The notes under the pieces are model-generated. The model searched no databases and had not been told where the DNA came from. It saw only the letters and a program-made list of their open reading frames with translations. Shown here one piece after another: positions 40,082 through 50,900 of a stretch of 64,000 nucleotides of DNA (its first letter is position 1; each line of letters opens with the position of its first letter). Origin of the DNA: an uncultured Gemmataceae bacterium (lineage in GTDB: Bacteria > Planctomycetota > Planctomycetia > Gemmatales > Gemmataceae). The position numbers were made by a program, and so were the translations under genes. Location: the NCBI GenBank assembly GCA_963750165.1, contig CAVVPN010000003.1:3392001-3456000 (forward strand), written 5' to 3'.

Positions 40082-41633
40082 CGGCGACAACTACGTCGCC
40101 ACCTTCACCGTGGCGGCCAACACCGCGGTGGTGGTGACCGTGCCCGACTTCGCCCGCGGCCCCGACGCCACCGACCCGATCAACGTTCCCAACAACAGCA
40201 CCAATGGCATCCCCATTGCCCTGAGCAACGGCCTCGGCGTCACCGACGGCAGCTTCGTGCTCAACTACAACGCCAACCTGCTGACCATCACCGGCGGCAC
40301 CGTCAACTCCGCCCTCACCGGGGCCACCTTCACCGTCAGCACCTCGGGCACCGGCACCAGCGCTCAGGCCACCATCACCTTCCACAGTCCGACGGCGCTG
40401 GCAACTGGGGCGGTGCGGCTCGGCGGCCTGACGGCCACGGTGCCGGCCAACGCGCCATACAAGTCCAAGGAACTGCTGCACTGGGCGAGCCTGTCGCTCA
40501 ACGGTGGTGCGATCACGGCGGTGGGCGACGATGCCCTCCATGCGGTGGCGTTCCTGGGCGACACCTCGGGAGACGGCACCTACACCAGCGCCGACAGCGT
40601 GCTGCTCTCGAACGTGGCGGCGGCCAAGGACAGCGGCTTCGCGGCCTTCCCGATCCTCGACCCGGTCATCCTCGCCGACCTCAACGGCAACGGCCTGGTG
40701 CAGTCCAACGACGGCGGCCTGCTCAACAATTACCTGGGCGGCGCCACGGTCGCTCAGATACCCAACTACCCCGGCGCTCCGTCCAACAACCCGTCCGGCC
40801 CCGACCCGACGCTCAGCATCCCCACCAACCTGAGCGCGAGTCCCGGCGGCACGGTGACGGTGCCGGTCAACATCGACGACCCGCACCCCAAGGGCAGCAC
40901 CGGCATGACCCAGGCTCTGCTGGCGCTGACCTACGACCCCACGGTCTTTACGGTGACCGCGGCCGACATCCACCTCGGGACGGTGCCGGCGGCGGGCAGC
41001 GGCTGGGTGTTGCAGACCCGGGTGGACGCGACCACGGGCCAGATTGCCATCATCCTGTTCAGCGCCACGCCCATCGCCAGCTCGGCCGGCGGCAGCCTGG
41101 TGACCATCGACTTCCACGTCAAGCCTGGAGCGGCACCGGGGGCCAGCCCGATTAACCTGGCGGCCGAGGTCAACCCCAACGGTCAGGGGGTGGTCCGCAC
41201 GGCGGTCGATGACAACCAGGGGCCGTACACGCTGACCCCGGCGCCGACCGACTCCCCCACCGACCCGGGCGTGGACGGGCTGGTGAAGCTGACCGCCGCC
41301 GACCCGGCACCGGCGGCCCCGGTCCCGGTTGTCAAGCCCAGCGGCGCGGTCGGGCCGGCGGCATTCGTGAACTCCGGCTACGGGGCCGTCCCGCCGGTCA
41401 ACCCGGTGGTCGCCGTGACGACGCCGGGCAACGGTTTGTCGTTGCCCGGGGGCGTGGCCAAGGCGCTGACGGATCAGGTATTCATCGACCTGAACGACGG
41501 GACGAACGGCACACCGCCCGCGGTGCAGACGCCGCACGCATGGGACGCCCTGGTCTGGGACGGGGCGGGTGAAACCGACTGGGTGGCAGATCTCAACCCT
41601 GCCCAGTCGGGCGCCGGCAAGGCCATTCTGTAA
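39741..41633 (+). CDS. Giant adhesin segment 4: Ig-like domain, cohesin-like, dockerin, cohesin, Pro-rich/acidic tail
   Basis: Dockerin duplicated Ca-binding loops GDTSGDGTYTSAD / ADLNGNGLVQSND (~40557-40739). Cohesin motif PGGTVTVPVNI...LTYDPTVFTV...GSLVTIDFHVK (~40800-41290). Confidence 0.8.
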   Translation: MVTTFTPTATGFTVAFSKPFVNSSASPINLYDAGSAGYGAADVTLVGTSGTIKGSLVIDPSNQSFTFLKTDVVAGGGTTGLLPAGTYTATIVSGSTAFKDATGAPLDGNNDGINGDNYVATFTVAANTAVVVTVPDFARGPDATDPINVPNNSTNGIPIALSNGLGVTDGSFVLNYNANLLTITGGTVNSALTGATFTVSTSGTGTSAQATITFHSPTALATGAVRLGGLTATVPANAPYKSKELLHWASLSLNGGAITAVGDDALHAVAFLGDTSGDGTYTSADSVLLSNVAAAKDSGFAAFPILDPVILADLNGNGLVQSNDGGLLNNYLGGATVAQIPNYPGAPSNNPSGPDPTLSIPTNLSASPGGTVTVPVNIDDPHPKGSTGMTQALLALTYDPTVFTVTAADIHLGTVPAAGSGWVLQTRVDATTGQIAIILFSATPIASSAGGSLVTIDFHVKPGAAPGASPINLAAEVNPNGQGVVRTAVDDNQGPYTLTPAPTDSPTDPGVDGLVKLTAADPAPAAPVPVVKPSGAVGPAAFVNSGYGAVPPVNPVVAVTTPGNGLSLPGGVAKALTDQVFIDLNDGTNGTPPAVQTPHAWDALVWDGAGETDWVADLNPAQSGAGKAIL

Positions 41634-41644
41634 GCGGCGATCAC

Positions 41645-41682
41645 TTTCCCGGCCCGGGTGCGTGGCACACCGGGCCGGGAAA
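41645..41682. terminator. GC-rich stem-loop after the adhesin stop
   Basis: 13-bp perfect inverted repeat TTTCCCGGCCCGG/CCGGGCCGGGAAA starting 12 nt after the TAA. There is no U-tract, so it may be an mRNA stability hairpin rather than an intrinsic terminator. Confidence 0.5.
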
Positions 41683-41971
41683 AGCTCAGGGCCGTTTATT
41701 CCGGATGCGCTGGTCGTAACGGCGGCTTTTCCCCGGCCCTCCGGATTGAATGAACAGAAGGCATTTCCCGATTTTGTCGGTGAACTGGGGAAGTTGCGAA
41801 AAAAAAATGGGCTCCGGGCCGATACTGGGCCGGTAAGGCTGTGTTAATTCGTGTAAGCTAGATAAACTATTGCGGATTTGTCATGGCACCCAGGGAAGGG
41901 GCATTCGCCCCGGCATCTGACCCCGACAGTCAGCAATCCCTCTCCGAGTCTTCACACAAGCGAGTAACATC

Positions 41972-44900
41972 ATGTTCTCCTCCTGGTGGCGCGGCCTGAC
42001 AGCACGGGGCAACAAGAGTGGGACTTACCGCCGCGGGCGTTCCCGGTCCCGCGGGCGGTTGTGGGCCGAGACGCTGGAGGATCGCGTCGTGCCCGCCAGT
42101 TCCGCCTACTTCAGCATGCCGACCAACCTCGCGGCCAACCAGGGCACCACGATCACCGTGCCCGTGAGCATCAACAACCTCACCGACACCAGCGGCAACC
42201 TGGGCCTGAACTCGGCCGATGTGGTCCTGACCTACGACCCGACCGTCTTCAGCGTCGGCAGCGCCGATGTCACCCAGGGGTCGCTGCTCACCAACGCGCC
42301 CCCCAACGGCACCTGGGCCTTCACCCCCAACGCCAGCACCCCGGGCGAAATCGACATCAGCCTGTTCAGCTCCGACCTCGGCCACGACGTCACCACTTCG
42401 GCGGGCGGGGTGCTGGCCAACATCCAGTTCCACGTCAAGGGCAGTGCCCCCACCGGCAGCAGCACCATCCATGTGGTGGTGCCGCCGGCGACCTCTCCCA
42501 GCAACGGTCTCAGCAGTGACGCCACCCCGCACTCCGGTCCCGATTCCATCCAGGGCGCAGCCGACGGCTACACCCTGAGCCCGGCCGACCAGCAGGACGG
42601 CGTCATCAACGTGCAGAACTTTGCCCCGATCAGCACCCTGAGCGTGCCCACGAACGTCACGGCCATGCCCGGTGGCACCGTTACAGTGGCGGTGAACGTC
42701 AGCAACCCCGATCCCAACGGCAGCGCGGGCATGACCTCGGCGGACGCGGCCATCCTGTTCGACCCGGCCGTGCTGAGCGTGGCGGCCACGGGGGCAGTGG
42801 CTGCTGGCAGCGTCGTGCCGACCAGCGGCTGGAACGCCTTTTACGGCGTCGATACCACCCACACCAACCCGATCGACTCGACGAAGGATACGCTCGGCCT
42901 GCACCTGGTCAACACCAACGGCACGCCGCTGACGAGCACCACGGCAGGCAGCCTGTGGTTGGTCACCTTCAACGTCGTCGCTGGGGCCAGTGGCACAACG
43001 ATCCTGAACCTGGTGCCGAGCGTCCAGGTGGGCTCCTCGACCACCAGCACCAACGTCACCGGCGCCAACAAGGTCTACCAGTTGACCCCGGCGCCGACGA
43101 ACGCCACCACGGACGCGGTGGACGGCAGCGTGACCGTGTCTGCGGTCGCGACCGCGACGCATTTCAGCGTCAGCGGCCCGTCCACGGCCACGGCCGGGAC
43201 TCCCGTCAGCTTCACGGTGACCGCCCTGGACGCCAGCAACAACCCGGTCAGCGGCTACACGGGCATGGTGCATTTCACCAGCAGCGACGGCCAGGCCGTG
43301 CTGCCCGCCGATGCGACGCTGACCAACGGCACCGGCACGTTTAACGTCACGTTCCACACGTCCGGCAGCCAGACCCTGACCGCCACCGACACGGTGATCA
43401 GCAGCATCACCGGCACCAGCGGCCCGGTCACCGTCAGCGCCACCGCCGCCACGCACTTCAGCGTCACCGCTCCGGCCACGGCCACGGCGGGCAGCGCCTT
43501 CAGCTTCACGGTGACGGCCCTGGACGCCTTCAACAACACCGCCAGTGGCTACACCGGGACGGTCCACTTCACCAGCAGCGACGGCCAGGCCGTGCTGCCG
43601 GCCAACAGCACCCTGACCAACGGCACCGGCACGTTCAACGTCACCCTCAAGACGGCCGGCAACCAGACGCTCACGGCCACCGACACGGTGACCAGCACGA
43701 TCACCGGCACCAGCGCCGCCATCGCCGTCAGCGCCGCGGCGGCCACGCACTTCAGCGTCACCGCCCCGAGCAGCGCCACGGCGGGCAGCGCCTTCAACTT
43801 CACGGTGACGGCGCAGGACGCCTTCAACAACATCGCCACGGGCTACACGGGCACCGTCCATTTCACCAGCAGCGATGGCCAGGCCACGCTGCCGGCCAAC
43901 GGCACGCTCACCAGCGGCACCGGCACCTTCAGCGCCACGCTGAAGACTTCGGGTAGCCAGACGCTGACCGCCACCGACACGGTGACCAGCACGATCACCG
44001 GCACCAGCGCCGCCATCGCCGTCAGCGCCGCCGCCGCGACGCACTTCACGGTCACGGCCCCGGCCACGGCCACGGCGGGCAGCGCCTTCACCTTCACGGT
44101 GACGGCGCTGGACGCCTTCAACAACACCGCCACCGGCTACACGGGCATGGTCCACTTCACCAGCACGGACAGCCAGGCGGTGCTGCCAGCGGACGCCACC
44201 CTGACCAACGGCACCGGCACCTTCACCGTCACGCTCAAGACCACCGGCAACCAGACGCTGACCGCTACCGACACGGTGACCAGCACGATCACCGGCACCA
44301 GCGCCGCCATCGCCGTCAGCGCCGCCGCCGCGACGCACTTCACGGTCACGGCCCCGGCCACGGCCACGGCGGGCAGCGCCTTCAGCGTCACGGTCACAGC
44401 CCTGGACGCCTTCAACAACACCGCCAGTGGCTACACCGGGACGGTCCACTTCACCAGCAGCGACGGCCAGGCGGTGCTGCCCGCCAACAGCACCCTGACC
44501 AACGGCACCGGCACGTTCAACGTCACCCTCAAGACGGCCGGCAACCAGACGCTGACCGCCACCGACACGGTGACCAGCACGATCACCGGCACCAGCGCCG
44601 CCATCGCCGTCAGCGCCGCGGCGGCGACGCACTTCAGCGTCACCGCCCCGGCCACGGCCACGGCGGGCAGCGCCTTCACCTTCACGGTGACGGCGCAGGA
44701 TGCCTTCAACAACACCGCGTCGGGCTACAGCGGCACCGTCCACTTCACCAGTACCGACGCCACCGCCACGCTGCCGGCCAACAGTACGCTCACCAACGGC
44801 GTCGGCACCTTCAGTGCCACCCTGCACACGGCCGGCAGCCAGACGATTACTGCCACCGATACGGTGACCAGCACTATCACCGGCACCAGCAACGCCATCA

Positions 44901-47900
44901 ACGTCGGCACCTTCCCCGCCACGCACTTCGCCGTCAGCGCCCCCAGCAGCGCCACGGCGGGGACCGCCTTCAGCTTCACGGTGACAGCCCTGGACGCCAG
45001 CAACAACCCGACCGCAGGGTACAGCGGCACGGTGCATTTCACCAGCAGCGATGGCCAGGCCGTGCTGCCGGCGGACGCCACGCTGACCAACGGTGTCGGC
45101 ACCTTTACCGTCACGCTCAAGACCGCCGGCAACCAGACGATTACCGCCACCGACACGGTGACCAGCAGCATCACCGGCACCAGCGCTGCCATCGCCGTCA
45201 GCGCCGCCGCCGCCACGCACTTCACCGTCACTGCCCCGGCCACGGCCACCGCCGGGACGGCATTCAACTTCATGGTGACGGCCCTGGACGCCTTCAACAA
45301 CACCGCCACCGGCTACACGGGCATGGTCCACTTCACGAGCACGGACAGCCAGGCGGTGCTGCCGACGGATGCTACCCTGACCAGCGGCACCGGCACCTTC
45401 AGCGCCACGCTGAAGACGGCCGGCAGCCAGACGCTGATCGCTACCGACACGGTGACCAGTTCCATCACCGGCAGCAGCAACAGCATCGCCGTGAGCGCCG
45501 CCGCCGCCAGCCACTTCAGCGTCACCGCCCCCAGCAGCGCCACCGCGGGCAGCGCCTTCAGCGTCACGGTGACGGCCCTGGATGCCTTTAACAACACAGC
45601 GACGGGCTACACCGGCACGGTGCATTTCACCAGCAGCGACAGCACCGCCGTGCTGCCGGCCAACAGCACCCTGACCAACGGCGTCGGCACCTTCAACGTC
45701 ACGCTGAAGACCGCCGGCAGCCAGACGCTGACCGCCACCGACACGGTGACCAGCACGATCACCGGCACCAGCGCCGCCATCGCCGTCAGCGCTGCCGCCG
45801 CCACCCACTTCAGCGTCAGCGCCCCGGCCACGGCCACGGCGGGCAGCGCCTTCAGCTTCACGGTGACGGCCCTGGACGCCTTCAATAATACTGCCACGGG
45901 CTACACGGGCACCGTCCACTTTACCAGCAGTGACGGCCAGGCCGTATTGCCGACCGACAGCCCTCTCACCAGCGGCACCGGCACCTTCAACGCCACGCTG
46001 AAGACATCGGGCAACCAGACGCTGACCGCTACCGACACGGTGACCAGCACGATCACCGGCACCAGCGCCGCCATCGCCGTCAGCGCCGCCGCCGCCACGC
46101 ACTTCACCGTCACCGCCCCGGCCACGGCCACCGCCGGGACGGCATTCAACTTCACGGTCACGGCCCTGGACGCCTTCAACAACACCGCCACCGGCTACAC
46201 GGGCATGGTCCACTTCACGAGCACGGACAGCCAGGCTGTGCTGCCGGCGGACGCCACCCTGACCAGCGGCACCGGCACCTTCAGCGCCACGCTGAAGACT
46301 TCGGGCAGCCAGACGCTGATCGCTACCGACACGGTGACCAGCACTATCACCGGCAGCAGCAACAGCATCGCCGTGAGCGCCGCTGCCGCCAGCCACTTCA
46401 GCGTCACCGCCCCCAGCAGCGCCACCGCGGGCAGCGCCTTCAGCGTGACGGTGACGGCCCTGGACGCCTTTAACAACACCGCCACCGGCTACAGCGGCAC
46501 CGTCCACTTCACCAGCAGTGACGGTCAGGCCGTGCTGCCGGCCAACAGCACCCTGACCAACGGCGTCGGCACCTTCAACGTCACGCTGCAGACCGCCGGC
46601 AACCAGACGATTACCGCCACCGACACGGTGACCAGCACGATCACCGGCACCAGCGCCGCCATCGCGGTCAGCGCCGCCACCGCCACGCACTTCAGCGTCA
46701 CCGCCCCGGCCACGGCCACGGCGGGCAGCGCCTTCAGCTTCACGGTGACGGCCCTGGACGCCTTCAATAATACTGCCTCAGGCTACACGGGCACCGTCCA
46801 CTTTACCAGCAGTGACGGCCAGGCGGTGTTGCCGACCGACAGCCCCCTCACCAGTGGCGTCGGCACCTTCAACGCCACGCTGAAGACGGCCGGCAGCCAG
46901 ACCCTCACCGCTACCGACACCGTGACCAGCACCATCACCGGCACCAGCGCCGCCGTCACGGTCAGCGCCGCGGCGGCCACGCACTTCAGCGTCACCGCCC
47001 CGAGCAGCGCCACCACGGGCGGCCCCTTCAGCGTGACGGTGACGGCCCGGGACGCCTTTAACAACACCGCCAGCGGCTATCTGGGGACGGTCCACTTCAC
47101 GACGACGGACAGCGGCAGCGGCGCGGCGGTGCCCGCCGATTACACCTTCGTGGCCGGCGACAACGGCGCCCACACGTTTACCAACGGCGTCACCCTGGTC
47201 ACCGCCGGCAGCCAGTCGGTCACCGCCACCGACACCGTCACCAGCAGCATCACCGGCAGCGCCACCATCACGGTCAGTGCCGTGTCGGCCACGCATTTCA
47301 GCGTCAGCGGCCCGGCCACGGCCACGGCCGGCACCGCCGTCAGCTTCACGGTGACCGCCCTGGACGCCAGCAACAACCCGGTCAGCGGCTACACCGGCAT
47401 GGTGCATTTCACCAGCAGCGACGGCCACGCGGTGCTGCCGGCCGATGCGACGCTCACCAACGGCACCGGCACGTTTAACGTCACGTTCCAGACGGCGGGC
47501 AGCCAGACCCTCACCGCCACTGACACGGTCACCAGCAGCATCACCGGCACCAGCGGCCCGGTCACGGTCAGCGCCGCGGCGGCCACCCACTTCGCCGTCA
47601 GCGCCCCGGCGACCGCCAACGCGGGCAGCGCCTTCACCTTCACGGTCACGGCGCTGGATGCGTTCAATAACGCCGCCACCGGCTACACGGGCACGGTGCA
47701 TTTCACCAGCAGCGATGGCCAGGCCGTGCTGCCCGCCGACAGCACCTTGACCAGCGGTGTCGGCACCTTCAGCGCCACCCTCAAGACGGCCGGCAACCAG
47801 ACGCTAACCGCCACTGACACGGTGTCCAGTTCGATCACCGGCACCAGCGCCGCCATCGCCGTCAGCGGCGTGGCGGCCACGCACTTCAACGTCACCGCCC

Positions 47901-50900
47901 CGGCGAACGCCACGGCGGGCAGCGCCTTCAGCTTCACGGTCACGGCGCTGGACCCGTTCAACAACACGGACACGGACTACACGGGCACGGTCCACTTCAC
48001 CAGCAGCGACGGCCAGGCGGTGTTGCCCGCCGACAGCACCTTGACCAACGGCGTCGGCACCTTCAACGCCACCCTCAAGACGGCCGGCAGCCAGACCCTC
48101 ACCGCTACCGATACCGTCACCAGCACCATCACCGGCACCAGCGCCGCCGTCACGGTCAGCGCCGCGGCGGCCACCCACTTTAGTGTCAGCGCCCCGAGCA
48201 ACGCCACCACGGGCGGCCCCTTCAGCGTGACGGTGACGGCCCAGGACGCCTTTAACAACACCGCCACCGGCTATCTGGGGACGGTCCACTTCACGACGAC
48301 GGACAGCGGCAGCGGCGCGGCGGTGCCCGCCGATTACACCTTCGTGGCCGGCGACAACGGCGTCCACACGTTTACCAACGGCGTCACCCTGGTCACCGCC
48401 GGCAGCCAGTCGGTCACCGCCACCGATACGGTCACCAGCAGCATCACCGGCAGCGCCACCATCACGGTCAGTGCCGTGGCGGCCACGCATTTCAGCGTCA
48501 GCGGCCCGGCCACGGCCACGGCCGGCACCGCCGTCAGCTTCACGGTGACCGCCCTGGACGCCAGCAACAACCCGGTCAGCGGCTACACCGGCATGGTGCA
48601 TTTCACCAGCAGCGACGGCCAGGCGGTGCTGCCGGCCGATGCGACGCTCACCAACGGCACCGGCACGTTTAACGTCACGTTCCAGACGGCGGGCAGCCAG
48701 ACCCTCACCGCCACTGACACGGTCACCAGCAGCATCACCGGCACCAGCGGCCCGGTCACCGTCAGCGCCGCGGCGGTCACCCACTTCGCCGTCAGCGCCC
48801 CGGCGACCGCCACCGCGGGCAGCGCCTTTAACTTCACGGTCACGGCTCTGGATCAGTTCAACAACACGGACACGGGCTACACGGGCACGGTCCACTTCAC
48901 CAGCAGCGACGGCCAGGCGGTATTGCCCGCCGACAGCACCTTGACCAACGGCGCTGGCACCTTCAGCGTGACGCTCAAGACCGCTGGCAGCCAGACGCTG
49001 ACCGCCACTGACACCGTCACCAGTTCCATCACCGGCACCAGCGCCGCCATCACCGTCAGCGCCGCGGCGGCGACGCACTTCGCCGTCACCGCCCCCAGCA
49101 ACGCCACGGCGGGCAGCGCCTTCAGCTTCACGGTCACGGCGCTGGACCCGTTCAACAACACAGACACGGGCTACACGGGCACGGTCCACTTCACCAGCAG
49201 CGATGGCCAGGCGGTATTGCCCGCCGACAGCACCTTGACCAGCGGCACTGGCACCTTCAACGCCACGCTGAAGACAGCCGGCAGCCAGACCCTCACCGCT
49301 ACCGATACCGTCACCAGCACCATCACCGGCACCAGCGCCGCCATCAGCGTCAGCGCCGCGGCGGCCACCCACTTGAGTGTCAGCGCCCCGAGCAACGCCA
49401 CCACGGGTGCCCCCTTCAGCGTGACGGTGACGGCCCTGGACCCGTTCAACAATACGGACACGGGTTATCTGGGGACGGTCCACTTCACGACGACGGACAG
49501 CGGCAGCGGCGCGGCGGTGCCCGCCGATTACACCTTCGTGGCCGGCGACAACGGCGCCCACACGTTCACCAACGGCGTCACCCTGGTCACCGCCGGCAGC
49601 CAGTCGGTCACCGCTACCGACACCGTCACCAGCAGCATCACCGGCAGCGCCACCATCACGGTCAGTGCCGTGGCGGCCACGCATTTCAGCGTCAGCGGCC
49701 CCACCACGGCCACGGCCGGGGTCGCCTCCAGTTTCACGGTGACCGCCCTGGACGCCAGCAACAACCCGGTCAGCGGCTACACCGGCACGGTCCACTTCAC
49801 CAGCAGCGACGGCCAGGCCGTGCTGCCGGCCAACGCCACGCTGACCAACGGTGTCGGCACGTTTAGCGTCACGTTCCACACGTCCGGCAGCCAGACCCTC
49901 ACCGCCACTGACACGATCACCAGCAGCATCACCGGCACCAGCGCCGCTGTCGCCGTCAGCGCCGCCGCCGCCACCCACTTCAGCGTCAGCGCCTCCAGCG
50001 CCGCCACGGCGGGCAGCGCCTTCAGCTTCACGGTCACGGCCCTGGATCCGTTCAACAACACTGCCACCGGCTACACCGGCACGGTGCATTTCACCAGCAG
50101 CGACGGCCAGGCCGCCCTGCCCGCCGACAGCGCCCTCATTAGCGGCGTCGGCACCTTCAGCGCCACCCTCAAGACCGCCGGCAACCAGACCCTCACTGCC
50201 ACCGACACGGTGTCCAGTTCGATCACCGGCAGCAGTGGCACCGTCAACGTGAGCCCCGCCGCCGCCAGCCACTTCAGCGTCAGCGCCCCGGCCACGGCCA
50301 CGGCGGGCAGCGCCTTCAACTTCACGGTCACGGCCCTGGACGCCTTCAACAACACCGCCACAGGCTACACCGGCACCGTCCACTTCACCAGCTCCGACAC
50401 CGCCGCCACCCTGCCGGCGGACGCCACCCTGACCAGCGGCACCGGCACCTTCAGCGCCACCCTGCAGACGGTCGGCGCCCAGACGCTGACCGCCACCGAC
50501 ACCGTGACCAGCAGCATCACTGGCACCAGCGCCGCCATCACGGTCAGCAGCACCAACCCCAACACCACCTTCCTGAACAATGCCTACCTGGATCTGCTCG
50601 GCCGGCCCATTGATCCGGCCGGCCTGTCGTACTGGTCGTCCGTCCTCGATCAGGGCTACTCCCGCACCTACGTCCTCGCGGGCATCCAGGCCAGCAACGA
50701 GTACAAGACGGATCTCGTCACTAAACTGTTCACGCAACTGCTCGGCCGCGCTCCCGACACCACCGACCTGACCAACTGGGTGTTGTTCCTCAACCAGGGC
50801 GGCACCGTGGAAGAACTCAAGGCGGGCATCATGGGCAGCGCCGAGTTCCTGGCCCACAACGGCGGCACCGACACCGGCTTCCTGCAGGGCGTCTACCAGG

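Larger units (their letters stand above)
10067..41633 (+). other. Reconstructed single giant adhesin gene (~10,500 aa) interrupted by three frameshifts
   Basis: The repeat pattern continues across junctions near 14069, 30225 and 39731. Only the first ORF has a leader peptide, and each upstream ORF ends in out-of-character Arg/Pro/His-rich residues. Confidence 0.85.

Noticed and set aside
10067..41633. Classical type Va autotransporter or RTX adhesin
   Set aside because: No C-terminal beta-barrel or terminal aromatic residue, and no GGxGxD nonapeptide repeats were recognised.
43154..50555. Regular repeat array as a CRISPR array or mobile element
   Set aside because: The units are 294/312-bp in-frame coding repeats without unique spacers, and no cas or transposase genes were seen.
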